DNA of 64,000 nucleotides from Candidatus Delongbacteria bacterium (GTDB lineage: Bacteria; CAIWAD01). The stretch lies in NCBI GenBank assembly GCA_963663545.1, contig OY760505.1, positions 672,001 to 736,000 of the forward strand, in the 5' to 3' direction. Within the stretch, counting starts at the first letter, position 1, and each line of letters starts with the position of its first letter. The notes below the pieces were generated by a model. It did not search any database and was not told where the DNA came from. It worked only from the letters and a program-made list of their open reading frames with translations. Of this stretch, positions 1-8,987 are shown in pieces. The position numbers and the translations under genes were made by a program.

Positions 1-1472
1 AAGCTCTCGGGGACGCCGTCGGGGTCCATTTCCGCCAGAACGGTGAAAGCGCTTGAGAAAAGCTGCCCGCGTGAAAGCGCGCGCCGGATGTTGAGCTCTT
101 TCTGCAGACGCAAATTCCGCCGACTGCCGATGATCTCCAGCTCGATGATGCGGCCGGAAACCCCGCGCTGTACGGTAACGATATCGAAAAGAGTACCTAC
201 ATCGACACCGGTCTTCTCGCGGATGATCTCCTCCATCTCGCGGCGACTGTGAATCTCTTTCCAGCGAAAGTACTTGCGCGAGCGCTCCGTCAGTACCGGG
301 TGCTCGGGGTCCAGGATATTGCACCAGGATTCGGGCGAGTCCAGCACCCATTCGCGGAAATCGACTTCCTTGCTCAGGTCGAGTTTGAATTTCCTGCGGC
401 GATAGTCGGTCATGTCGGGACGGCCCCGCAGCACCTGTTCCGGCGGCGTCGTCCAGATGTTTTCCTTGTGCTCGCCATGTCCGCCACAGCAGGCGTGATA
501 CACCGCATCGCATATCTTCTTGCGCCAGATGAGAACCTCACCGGTGGTCGCCTCCACAGCCTGGTCAGTGACTTCGGCCAGGTGCGTGATACCGCTGTAG
601 GCCTGGCAGTGAGTGCCGGCGCAGAAGTCGAAATCGTCGGACATGTGCTTCATGCCCAGCATGCTTAGTACAATACTGCGGGCCGCCACCGCCTGAGCCT
701 TGTGAGCTTCAAGCGGAAAACGCGTATCCAGTTCAGCAGGCAGCACACCGCGCAGGTAGGTATCGATGTAGACTTCGTTGACCACCGTCAGCTTGCCGCT
801 GTTGTCCACCAGGAACTCCAGCTCGCCGACAAAACTGCGGTCCTCCTGAGGCGAGCCGGGAATGCGGTCGACGGGCAGACGAAAGAGCTCAACCTGTGCC
901 TCTTCGCTGCGCGGCACAAGGCGGAAGCCGCGGGAGACTTCGCGCAGACGGCCGAAGTCCTCGTCGGTGAACTCCACCATGCCCTTGGGCTCTTCTACGC
1001 GTACGGCGACAACGCGCGCACGATAGGTGTTGCGCAGGTGGGTCATGTGCTCGCGCGCTTCTTCTTCGGTGGCAAAGCTGCCAACGATGACGCGAAAGCG
1101 GCTGTTGTTCACACTGAACCCGGACGAGAACACCACTGGACAGCCGATGGCACGCACTTCGGCTTCAAAGCCGTCGGCGAGTAACTCCTTGCAGAGCGCT
1201 TTGGCATTTGCCTCATCGGCAAAACTACCCACCAGCACACTGTGCACCATGCGTGCAGGAGTGCTTTCGAGCACTCGGGCCATCCACCGACAATCGTCAC
1301 TGATTCCGGTCAACAGGCTGTCGCCGTTCAACGAAAGGATATCGAAGCGGCCGACGAGGCGAAACTCAATCTTATGCAGTTCCTGGGCCAACGCAATGCG
1401 AAGTACCGGACGCGACTGGACCTGAATTCCACTTGTGGTGTCGAGTGACTTCATTTTCTGCCCTTGGGCCAT
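1..1472 (-). CDS. SpoIID/LytB domain protein with N-terminal SPOR-like region (3' end runs off the window)
   Basis: Manual translation from ATG 1472 (GGGAG RBS upstream) gives VVNEVYIDTYLRGVLPAE...EAHKAQAVAARS and FDFCAGTHCQAYSG, typical of SpoIID/LytB. VLVGSFADEANAKAL and FRVIVGSFATEEEAR are SPOR-like. Absent from the ORF track because it is truncated. Confidence 0.88.
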   Translation of the reverse strand, partial: MAQGQKMKSLDTTSGIQVQSRPVLRIALAQELHKIEFRLVGRFDILSLNGDSLLTGISDDCRWMARVLESTPARMVHSVLVGSFADEANAKALCKELLADGFEAEVRAIGCPVVFSSGFSVNNSRFRVIVGSFATEEEAREHMTHLRNTYRARVVAVRVEEPKGMVEFTDEDFGRLREVSRGFRLVPRSEEAQVELFRLPVDRIPGSPQEDRSFVGELEFLVDNSGKLTVVNEVYIDTYLRGVLPAELDTRFPLEAHKAQAVAARSIVLSMLGMKHMSDDFDFCAGTHCQAYSGITHLAEVTDQAVEATTGEVLIWRKKICDAVYHACCGGHGEHKENIWTTPPEQVLRGRPDMTDYRRRKFKLDLSKEVDFREWVLDSPESWCNILDPEHPVLTERSRKYFRWKEIHSRREMEEIIREKTGVDVGTLFDIVTVQRGVSGRIIELEIIGSRRNLRLQKELNIRRALSRGQLFSSAFTVLAEMDPDGVPES

Positions 1473-1682
1473 ACTCACTCCCGTAGTGCTGTAGAGCAAC
1501 AAGCAGACAATTGGCAACCAAAGGGCGATTTTTCTGGCGCCAAGTGCCTTGTAAATATTTAATTTATCCATATCACTAGAAAGTGTCAAACGGCTCAATG
1601 CCGATGTTTTTCGCCCGCACCACGATCATGTTTTAGACCCGGGTATTGAATTTCATCATTCTCAACTTGCAAGGAGAAAGTC

Positions 1683-1916
1683 ATGTGGCTGCGTACCTCG
1701 GACCACAAGCTTTTGAGTGTCAATTCTGCGCGCCTGGAATCCATCCAACTGCGCCCGATCATGCACAGCGACTCCTTCGGTCTGTTTGTGAAAGGCAGGG
1801 AGGAGCTGGTGGTTCATCTGGGCGATGATCTGGACAAGGCGACACGTACCTTGGACAAGATCTGCATTGCACTTGCCAATGAGCTGCCCTTGCTGGACTT
1901 GCGCGAGGACCTGTAA
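1683..1916 (+). CDS. Small hypothetical protein (77 aa)
   Basis: AAGGAG RBS before ATG; fills the gap between flanking genes. Confidence 0.7.
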   Translation: MWLRTSDHKLLSVNSARLESIQLRPIMHSDSFGLFVKGREELVVHLGDDLDKATRTLDKICIALANELPLLDLREDL

Positions 1917-1928
1917 CGCTGCCGTGAT

Positions 1929-2600
1929 CTAGAACTGACGCCGGTTGCGCCCAAGGCGGACGCCTTCCAGATCCATCATCTTGTCCACACGAGCCTGGTG
2001 ACGGCCGCCGTCGTAGGGTTCAGCCAACCAGGCGAGCATCAGCTTTACTGCCTCTTCGGGCGCAAGAATTCGTGCCCCCATGGTGAGTACATTGGCATTG
2101 TTGTGACGCCGACTGCTTAGAGCGCTGGTTGTGCTCTCACAGCAAGCGGCGCGTACGCCAGGCACCTTGTTGCAGCACATGGCGGAGGCGACACCAATGG
2201 TATCAATCATGATCCCGCGAGACGCCTTTCCACCGGCCACCCAGGCAGCTACTTGGGCCGCGTAATCCGGATAATCGACGGCATCCTTGTTGTGACAGCC
2301 CACATCCGCCAGACTGTAGCCAGCCGCATGTAGTGCACGAATCAGCTCCTGCTTCAGCTCGTGGCCCCCATGATCGCTACCCAGCACGACCTGCACTCGA
2401 TCCGCATCGGCGCGCACTTCTTGTGGCGTCAGCGTTGCCGGTGCCAGGTCAGGCTCCTCCACCTGGCGCAGACGGACTCCCAATCGCGCGGCCAAATCTT
2501 TGGCTTCGTCCGTCAGTACAGTGCGCCCCGGAACCACAACCAGGTCTGTGCCGGCCTTGGCCGCTTGACGTACCCGCCAAGCGCTAATCAAATCGCGCAT
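1929..2600 (-). CDS. rpiB: Ribose-5-phosphate isomerase B with N-terminal extension
   Basis: GSDHGG, DYPDYA, NKVPGVRAA, SRRHNNANVL and GGRHQARV motifs. Confidence 0.92.
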   Translation of the reverse strand: MRDLISAWRVRQAAKAGTDLVVVPGRTVLTDEAKDLAARLGVRLRQVEEPDLAPATLTPQEVRADADRVQVVLGSDHGGHELKQELIRALHAAGYSLADVGCHNKDAVDYPDYAAQVAAWVAGGKASRGIMIDTIGVASAMCCNKVPGVRAACCESTTSALSSRRHNNANVLTMGARILAPEEAVKLMLAWLAEPYDGGRHQARVDKMMDLEGVRLGRNRRQF

Positions 2601-2603
2601 TGC

Positions 2604-5249
2604 TTACACTCCAAAGATGCGGCGGTAGTACTCGAGGTATTCGAATACGCTGTGAGCGTTTTCGTAGTAAGCCACAAGCAGACCGACAAAGGCCACCAGG
2701 ATAATCACCAACAAGAGGAAAACGCCGACGAAGCTGCCTTCAAAGGCAATGCGCATCGCCTTGAGCAGACGCTGCAGGAACCAGAAAAGCAGCAGTCCCA
2801 CCAGAATAACCGTTGGTAGCACAGCCTGCGGCACCTCGAGCAGGCGGTAGAAGACGATGCCCAGAGGAATCAGCACCAACAGATTGGCCGCACTCCAGCA
2901 CAGGAACGTCATCGATTGCTGCAAGGTAAAGCGCGCGTTGAAGAGCAGACCCAAGATGCGTAGACCAAAGGCGGCCATCAGGAAAAGCGCCATACTTGCC
3001 AGAGTCAGTTGCCCGATGCTCTCAAGCGGATTCCAGGAGAGACGGATCAGCCACTCCTTGACGCTATCCAGCACTAGAAATTGACTGAGAAGGTGGTCGA
3101 AGAACATGGATTTGCGCAGGTAGTGCAGCAAGCTGCTGCTCATCACACCCAAGGCACCCGAACACAGGAGCCAGATGAAAAGCGCCTGACCGAACTGATA
3201 GATGCGATTGTCCTGCACATCCACAAAGAAGCCATGGCTGTGAGAAAAACTGCGCCTCAGGTTGTGCGCCAGCACATTGTTCTGCTTGTAGCCGATGAGC
3301 AGCAAAATCAACAACCCGAAGCCCACCAAAGGATAGGAAGACGGACTGTGTGACTTGAATTCGCCGCGGGTGAGGGTTGCCCCCGGGCCACCGGCGAGCA
3401 GGCTGCCCAGCTCCTTGTAGGAAGAGCGCGCGACTCGCTCGAAATTGACGATGCCCAATGGACACAAATAACGATCTCGTCCGGGCGGAACCCATAGCAG
3501 CGGTCTGCCGCCGCGCCAATCGCTGTAACTGTGCACCACCGAACCTGCAATGCGGCCTTCGCCCTGCTCGCGCCACTCGCGCAACTGCACGAGCGCCTGC
3601 TGAATGCGCCGCGCCTGTCGCAACTCGCTCCAAGGATTCTCGTAGCCTTCACGGTTGCCCTCTTCCACGGGTAGGCCGATACGCGCGTACACAACCGGCA
3701 TCCCTACATTGGGCAAGGGCACCAACTCCTGCAATCCGGTAGGTGAGCTTTCCAGCAGCAGGAAATCCAGCCCCGGCAGCAAACCGGGAGTCAGCTTCTG
3801 CACGCCACCCGCCAGAAAACCGCCAGCAGAAAAGAGCACGTCGCAGGATGCCGATTCGGGACAGATACCACGCAGATAATCCGCCACCAGGGGATCGGTG
3901 AAATCCATGCCGCTACCCGCCGAAAGCGCCAGCAGACTGGGATGATTCCCATCTCGCGCCATCAGCTCCTTCAGCTGATCGGCAGCCAACTGCCGCACAC
4001 CTTCGCGCGCCAGTAGACGCGGCGGGATCTGCCATACGGGCAATTCCTCAATCAGGAAAAGGCCAAGCTGGTCGCAGAGCTCCACCATGTAGGGATGCGG
4101 GGCACCACGTACACAAAGCACCGTGTTGATACCCAGATTGCGCATGTTCTCCAGATCGCGCGCGAGGGTGGGCGGGTCCAATGCAATACCGAATTCGGGG
4201 TGATCGCCAACGTAGCTCAAGCCGTTGAGGGTAAAAGCCGCTCCGTTCAGCTGCACACTACCGTTTTCGATCTTCAATACACGAAGCCCAAGATCACTAC
4301 TACGACGATGAACCGTGCGATCGCCCTGTCCCAGGGAGCAGGTTAACGTGTAGAGCACGGGGGCTTCCGGACTCCAGAGCTCAAGGCTATCTGCCTCAAG
4401 CGGCAGTTCAACCCACTCCTGCGCCAACTTCGCAACTCGTGTGTTCACCCGGCCACGGGCTAGTTCCAGACCGTCGGCGTTCTGCAAAACGCCCTCGATC
4501 CAGAGCTCCTCAGCACCCGCCAAACTGTCTTCGCCAATGCGCAGCAGTTCCTGGTTCTGGACCAATGCCCGAACCAGCAGCAGATCTTTGGTGTAGGCTG
4601 GCTGGCCACGTCGGGCGCGTACCGTCTCGCCCATGCCGTGCTCCCAGCGCACTTGGTCGATGCGCAGACGCGGGCCTTCCATCAGATAGACTTCGCGGTA
4701 GATGCCGCCGTAGTTCAGCGGGTCCCAACTCTGCATTTTTAGCGGTAGTGTGTTCTTGGAGGAAAGACCATTGTCCACCGCCACGCTCAAGCGATTGACA
4801 CCGCCGAAATGCAGATTGCGTGCGGGCAGCTGCACTTCGAAAGAAGCGCTACCACCAGCATGACTGCTGACGAATACATCGTTGATGGAAATACGGCAGG
4901 CGTAGGTGACGCCGCCAAACCAGATACGATAGTCATACTGCTGTCCGTCGTCGGGAAGCACAAAGCTGCGCTCAAAGACAACTTCGCCGGTGAAATCCGT
5001 ATAGCAACTGGGAATCTGGCAATTCCCCTTGTCGGATCGCGTATGCCAACTCCATTCGCCATTTAGGTCGATTGGACGTTGGTCCAGACTGTCGAGGACG
5101 GGAACCCAAAGGGAATCGACTCGCCCCTCGTTTGCTGGATAGAAGCGGGGGGCCGCCTCGCTGCGCGTATTCAGAACCAACACCGCCAGCATAGCGCAAA
5201 GCAAAAGCGGCAGTGAGCGACGATACCAGGCTAGGAAGTGTATGAGCAT
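2604..5249 (-). CDS. GH2-fold (beta-galactosidase/glucuronidase-like) protein with C-terminal multi-TM domain, probably catalytically inactive
   Basis: LNGEW, FGGV, NYGGIYREVYL, LWSPEAPVLY, CDQLGLFLIEE and RDGNHPS motifs; N-terminal signal-like segment; about 6-7 hydrophobic helices at the C-terminus. Confidence 0.85.
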   Translation of the reverse strand: MLIHFLAWYRRSLPLLLCAMLAVLVLNTRSEAAPRFYPANEGRVDSLWVPVLDSLDQRPIDLNGEWSWHTRSDKGNCQIPSCYTDFTGEVVFERSFVLPDDGQQYDYRIWFGGVTYACRISINDVFVSSHAGGSASFEVQLPARNLHFGGVNRLSVAVDNGLSSKNTLPLKMQSWDPLNYGGIYREVYLMEGPRLRIDQVRWEHGMGETVRARRGQPAYTKDLLLVRALVQNQELLRIGEDSLAGAEELWIEGVLQNADGLELARGRVNTRVAKLAQEWVELPLEADSLELWSPEAPVLYTLTCSLGQGDRTVHRRSSDLGLRVLKIENGSVQLNGAAFTLNGLSYVGDHPEFGIALDPPTLARDLENMRNLGINTVLCVRGAPHPYMVELCDQLGLFLIEELPVWQIPPRLLAREGVRQLAADQLKELMARDGNHPSLLALSAGSGMDFTDPLVADYLRGICPESASCDVLFSAGGFLAGGVQKLTPGLLPGLDFLLLESSPTGLQELVPLPNVGMPVVYARIGLPVEEGNREGYENPWSELRQARRIQQALVQLREWREQGEGRIAGSVVHSYSDWRGGRPLLWVPPGRDRYLCPLGIVNFERVARSSYKELGSLLAGGPGATLTRGEFKSHSPSSYPLVGFGLLILLLIGYKQNNVLAHNLRRSFSHSHGFFVDVQDNRIYQFGQALFIWLLCSGALGVMSSSLLHYLRKSMFFDHLLSQFLVLDSVKEWLIRLSWNPLESIGQLTLASMALFLMAAFGLRILGLLFNARFTLQQSMTFLCWSAANLLVLIPLGIVFYRLLEVPQAVLPTVILVGLLLFWFLQRLLKAMRIAFEGSFVGVFLLLVIILVAFVGLLVAYYENAHSVFEYLEYYRRIFGV

Positions 5250-5267
5250 GGCCTAAGTATAACGAAA

Positions 5268-5293
5268 TGGGGCGGTTCGCAGGAACCGCCCCA
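5268..5293 (-). terminator. Intrinsic terminator after the Agl/Glt-like operon
   Basis: TGGGGCGGTTC-GCAG-GAACCGCCCCA perfect 11-bp stem, followed by TTTCGTT on the minus strand. Confidence 0.7.
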
Positions 5294-5329
5294 ATAGCTT
5301 TCAGGCTGAAATTTGTTCACATCTTCGGT

Positions 5330-6367
5330 TTAGTTGCCGAAGGTGAATTTCTGCCCCATGGTGAAAGCACCCAGGCTCTCGTCCACGGGATCAAAGCGCC
5401 AAGAGGCAACCTTACGCTGCATGCAACGTTCGACGTTGCGACCGTAGCGCTCGTCGCTCCAGGTGCTGCGACTGAACTCGATATCGGTGACGCTTCCATC
5501 CGGTAGAATGGAGAATTTCACCATGGTGCTGCCACGCAGATTCGCTGAACGACGCAGCTGGCTTTCGTAGCAATCCTTCAGACCGGGCGTGTAGCCAGCG
5601 ATGACCGCACGTAAGGCCTGCGGGCTGCGAGCCGCCTCTGCCGAGAACTTGCCGCTACGATCGTAGGTCTGCACCTCGCCTTCCAGCAGGTCACCCACCG
5701 TACCTCCAGCCACACTCGCGTCCACATCGGCCAGCGCGCTCTGCAGATCGACACCGCCGCTACCTCCGCCCTGCGGGGCATCGGTACGCAAACGGCGCAC
5801 GTTCTCAGCACTGCGACCGGTTACCATCTGCGAAAGGCCTTCGGTGCTGATGGCGCTACCAGCGGTCACCTGGGCGGCATCCACTAAATCGCTAGCCACA
5901 GCACTACCCGCGCTTCCGGTTACCAAGGCCAGACCACCAGCACTATTGATCACCTGCTGATCGATCTGAGCACGGCGTTGCGCACGACTGGCCTGGGCTG
6001 CCTGACGACGTTCAGCACGCTGCTGGGCGGTTCCCTGCTGTCGCTCTTCCGGCCGCTCAAGAGATTCCTGCGCCTCTTCCCGGCGCGTCTGCTCCTGTTC
6101 GGCTAAATCGCTGGGCGTTGTTAGGGCATCAGGCTGCTCCACCTCCACCTGCTCCACCTCCGGCGGTGTTATTCGCTCGATGGTGGCAAAACGGCGGGCG
6201 TAGAACTCGCGAACCTCTTCCTTGGTCATCACTGGCGGATCAAGGGTGTTGCCGTAGTAGATCAAGCCCACTTCGATCAACCCGACCACCAGGAAGACGG
6301 TGAAGAGCAGACCGTCAATCGGATGTTTGCGTCTGTACTGGCTCAAAGCCATGTTTCCTGCAGACAT
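5330..6367 (-). CDS. TonB-like protein with AgmX/PglI (GltG-like) C-terminal domain
   Basis: Single N-terminal TM helix, charged/low-complexity linker, C-terminal LKDCYESQLRRSANLRGSTMVKFSILPDGSV...VERCMQRKVASWRF. Confidence 0.8.
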   Translation of the reverse strand: MSAGNMALSQYRRKHPIDGLLFTVFLVVGLIEVGLIYYGNTLDPPVMTKEEVREFYARRFATIERITPPEVEQVEVEQPDALTTPSDLAEQEQTRREEAQESLERPEERQQGTAQQRAERRQAAQASRAQRRAQIDQQVINSAGGLALVTGSAGSAVASDLVDAAQVTAGSAISTEGLSQMVTGRSAENVRRLRTDAPQGGGSGGVDLQSALADVDASVAGGTVGDLLEGEVQTYDRSGKFSAEAARSPQALRAVIAGYTPGLKDCYESQLRRSANLRGSTMVKFSILPDGSVTDIEFSRSTWSDERYGRNVERCMQRKVASWRFDPVDESLGAFTMGQKFTFGN

Positions 6368-6376
6368 GCTGCTCTC

Positions 6377-6925
6377 CTATTCGCTCTTGACCACAACAAA
6401 CTCTGTCTTGTTGTAGCCGGACCTGCCGCAGGTAGCCAAGACCTTGAGGATGGAATTATAATTCACGTACTGATCAGCGTGAATATTGATCATGCCCTCA
6501 AAGGGAACCCCGTACTGGGCTTCCATCTCTTTGCCTTCGGCGGCCTGCGCCTGCAGGTACTCAAACAGGTTGGGCAGAATCATGGCATCCGGACTGTATG
6601 CCTCCTCACCCGTCGGAACGTGGTAGAGGGTGGCTCCATCATCAAGAATCTCGGTACGGTTGCCGTCGTGCTCCACAAAAACACCCACAACACCAGAATC
6701 GGTACCCGAATCCACCACAATGGAAAGGGCCGTTTTGGGTTTGGTGTCCACGTTAGAGAACGGCAGTTCCAGATCACCTACCTGAGTCAACAGCGCTCCG
6801 GAGGTCGAGTAATTCTTCAGAAGGAAGAGCAGGATGATGGTCATCATGTCCATCATCGAACTCAGGGGCATCTTGGCTTCGCCTGAGCCCGGATGTTTAC
6901 GCAGCTTGCTTGGGGCTGCAGCCAT
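6377..6925 (-). CDS. ExbD/TolR family protein (AglQ/AglS-like)
   Basis: SSMMDMMTIILLFLLKNYS TM with conserved Asp; IHADQYVNY...KVLATC. Confidence 0.88.
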   Translation of the reverse strand: MAAAPSKLRKHPGSGEAKMPLSSMMDMMTIILLFLLKNYSTSGALLTQVGDLELPFSNVDTKPKTALSIVVDSGTDSGVVGVFVEHDGNRTEILDDGATLYHVPTGEEAYSPDAMILPNLFEYLQAQAAEGKEMEAQYGVPFEGMINIHADQYVNYNSILKVLATCGRSGYNKTEFVVVKSE

Positions 6926-6934
6926 CGGGGCCTC

Positions 6935-7573
6935 CTATTGAATCTTGCCCATCATGGGGGTCGGGAACATTACATCCGCCGGGGCACCGGGTACATCCTG
7001 GTGGATGCGCGTGGCATCCATGACCTTGACCAGATTGCCGAAGGGGAATTCGTTGGGCGCGCTGATAATCACACGCTCCGCATCAACGAAACTGTACTCG
7101 TCCACCATCTGGGGTGAGCCGTCTGCGTTGAAAAGCAGATTTCCGTCTTCGTCCTGGTTTTGGACCTTGCCAAGAATTGAGGGCACCACAATGTCGGAAC
7201 GAATCTGCCAACACCGCGCATTCAGGGCGTCATAGTCATACTCATCCCTGACTGTCTTGGGAATGCGATGATAGTACTGGTCCGCATTCTCAGATTCCGG
7301 AGTGGTTCCGAAGACCGAGACCGCAAAGCCAAGACTATCTACGCTGACAATCAGGTTGAGCTTCTCTTTGGGGGCATCCTCCTGCTCCGGCATGGAAGCC
7401 ACACCAGCGGAGGGCGCCGGCGGAAGCTGCATCTCCAGGAGTCCGAGTTTGACGAACTCCGCGGAGGCCAGCAGCAGAGGGATGAGCACCACCACCAGAT
7501 TCATGATCGGGGTGATGTCCAGATCCTCTTCTGCGGGTGTAAACTTCCGCTTGAGAGAGGGTTTGAAAGCCAC
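6935..7573 (-). CDS. ExbD/TolR family protein (AglQ/AglS-like)
   Basis: DLDITPIMNLVVVLIPLLL TM; VIISAPNEFPFGNLVKVMDATR. Confidence 0.85.
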   Translation of the reverse strand: MAFKPSLKRKFTPAEEDLDITPIMNLVVVLIPLLLASAEFVKLGLLEMQLPPAPSAGVASMPEQEDAPKEKLNLIVSVDSLGFAVSVFGTTPESENADQYYHRIPKTVRDEYDYDALNARCWQIRSDIVVPSILGKVQNQDEDGNLLFNADGSPQMVDEYSFVDAERVIISAPNEFPFGNLVKVMDATRIHQDVPGAPADVMFPTPMMGKIQ

Positions 7574-8226
7574 TATTTGCTCCGGGTCACGAGGTGAATC
7601 AGCTTGACAGCGTACTCATCGATGTCGGCCAAAATGGCGTTGGTCTTGTTGTTGATCCAGCTGTAGAACAGCATGGAAGGAATGGCGACCATCAGACCAC
7701 CCAAGGTGGTCAGCATGGCGGTGGAGATACCGGCTGTCAGACCGGCCGCAGCACCCGGGCCACCACTGCTCATGGCGTCGAAGGACTGGATCAGACCGAA
7801 GATGGTACCCATCAAACCGATCAAGGTGCTGACGTTGGCGAAGGTCTGCAGCCAGCTTGTGCGCTTCTGCAGGCGGGGAATTACCTCGAGGGTGGCCTCG
7901 TCAACGGCATTTTGAATGTTGCGATAGTCAATGTACTCGCGGTCGGCGGCTTCCTTCAGTGCACAATAGAACACATAGGGCAGCGCCTTCTCCTTGAGGG
8001 ATTCCGAAAGACGCAGCGCGTTCTTCAGATCACCCTTGTTGACCATGGCGAAAACGTCGGTGGAAAACTTGAGCGCATCCACGTTTGCCTTCACATTGAC
8101 CGTCATCAAGCGTTCGAGGAAGAAGGACAGTGAGCACAGGCCAATTACTCCCAGTACCCAGTAGAAGAAGGCACCGGAACCATTTGCGGGACTAAAGGCC
8201 TGCAGAAGTTTGAGGATCACATCCAT
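7573..8226 (-). CDS. MotA/TolQ/ExbB proton channel protein (AglR-like)
   Basis: Three TM helices; LQTFANVSTLIGLMGTIFGLIQSF and GISTAMLTTLGGLMVAIP. Confidence 0.92.
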   Translation of the reverse strand: MDVILKLLQAFSPANGSGAFFYWVLGVIGLCSLSFFLERLMTVNVKANVDALKFSTDVFAMVNKGDLKNALRLSESLKEKALPYVFYCALKEAADREYIDYRNIQNAVDEATLEVIPRLQKRTSWLQTFANVSTLIGLMGTIFGLIQSFDAMSSGGPGAAAGLTAGISTAMLTTLGGLMVAIPSMLFYSWINNKTNAILADIDEYAVKLIHLVTRSK

Positions 8227-8250
8227 GCGAAGAACTCCGCGTGTTATGGG

Positions 8251-8628
8251 TTAAACTAATAGTTCAGCTAGTACCTGTCGCAGCACCTCAACGATACCAC
8301 GCAGCTTGTTGGAAGCGCAGACCGGGTTGGTGTACACGCAAATGTTGGCGCGACAGTAATCAAGTCGTTCATTGCAACCCACCCGATACTGGTAGGTGGC
8401 CGCCGGCATCATCCGTTTGGTGATGATGGATCGGTCAAATGGCATTTTCCGCTCTGCCATGAAGCGCTCGATGAAGCCCCAAAGGAAAGTCTGGGCTTCC
8501 AGGACTTCCATCGGCTTAAGTTTTGCCAGTTCCGCGGTAAAAGCCTCACGGTCCTTGCACAACTCCACCAGACGTTCGCCGATCGATCGATCGTCGGGGG
8601 TATGTACGGTCGTCTTCTCGGAGGTCAT
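8251..8628 (-). CDS. Hypothetical cytoplasmic protein with a four-Cys cluster
   Basis: Start overlaps the upstream stop (ATGA); CNERLDYCRANICVYTNPVC. Confidence 0.75.
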   Translation of the reverse strand: MTSEKTTVHTPDDRSIGERLVELCKDREAFTAELAKLKPMEVLEAQTFLWGFIERFMAERKMPFDRSIITKRMMPAATYQYRVGCNERLDYCRANICVYTNPVCASNKLRGIVEVLRQVLAELLV

Positions 8629-8987
8629 TCCTGTCCATCCTGCGTGGATTTGCCGTTAGCATCGGATTTATTGCCATTGGGCTTGAGCACACGCTGCCGC
8701 TCGAGTAGCTCGCGTGGCAGCAGAATGCGCGTTCCCAAGGCCAACTCTGGATTGAATGCACTGAACTCAACGTTGGGCCGGCGCGCTTGATCAACAAAGG
8801 AGCGCTCCAGCCTGAAGTCGCTGATTTCGGGGCGCAAGCGCGAAGAGATGATGGCCACAGAAGGCTCTCGAATTTGTCCCTCAATGGTGACTTCGTCCAA
8901 AATCAGGAAATCATCCTGTGCCGACAAGCAGTCGGCGAGGACCAGCAGGCCACCGAGCAGCAGGCTATTCCATGCGATTCTTGTCAT
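8625..8987 (-). CDS. Small secreted protein, CglF/GltF-like
   Basis: Signal peptide then LDEVTIEGQIREPSV...RSFVDQ, resembling the D-V-T-I-E-G-x-x-x-K/E-P pattern I recall for GltF/CglF; synteny with TPR and ExbBD genes. Confidence 0.65.
   Translation of the reverse strand: MTRIAWNSLLLGGLLVLADCLSAQDDFLILDEVTIEGQIREPSVAIISSRLRPEISDFRLERSFVDQARRPNVEFSAFNPELALGTRILLPRELLERQRVLKPNGNKSDANGKSTQDGQE

Noticed and set aside
43..1448. Plus-strand ORFs at the window start
   Set aside because: The real gene is the minus-strand SpoIID/LytB frame.
8580..8593. CGATCGATCGATCG micro-repeat
   Set aside because: Short, in-frame within a CDS, single occurrence; no sign of phase variation.
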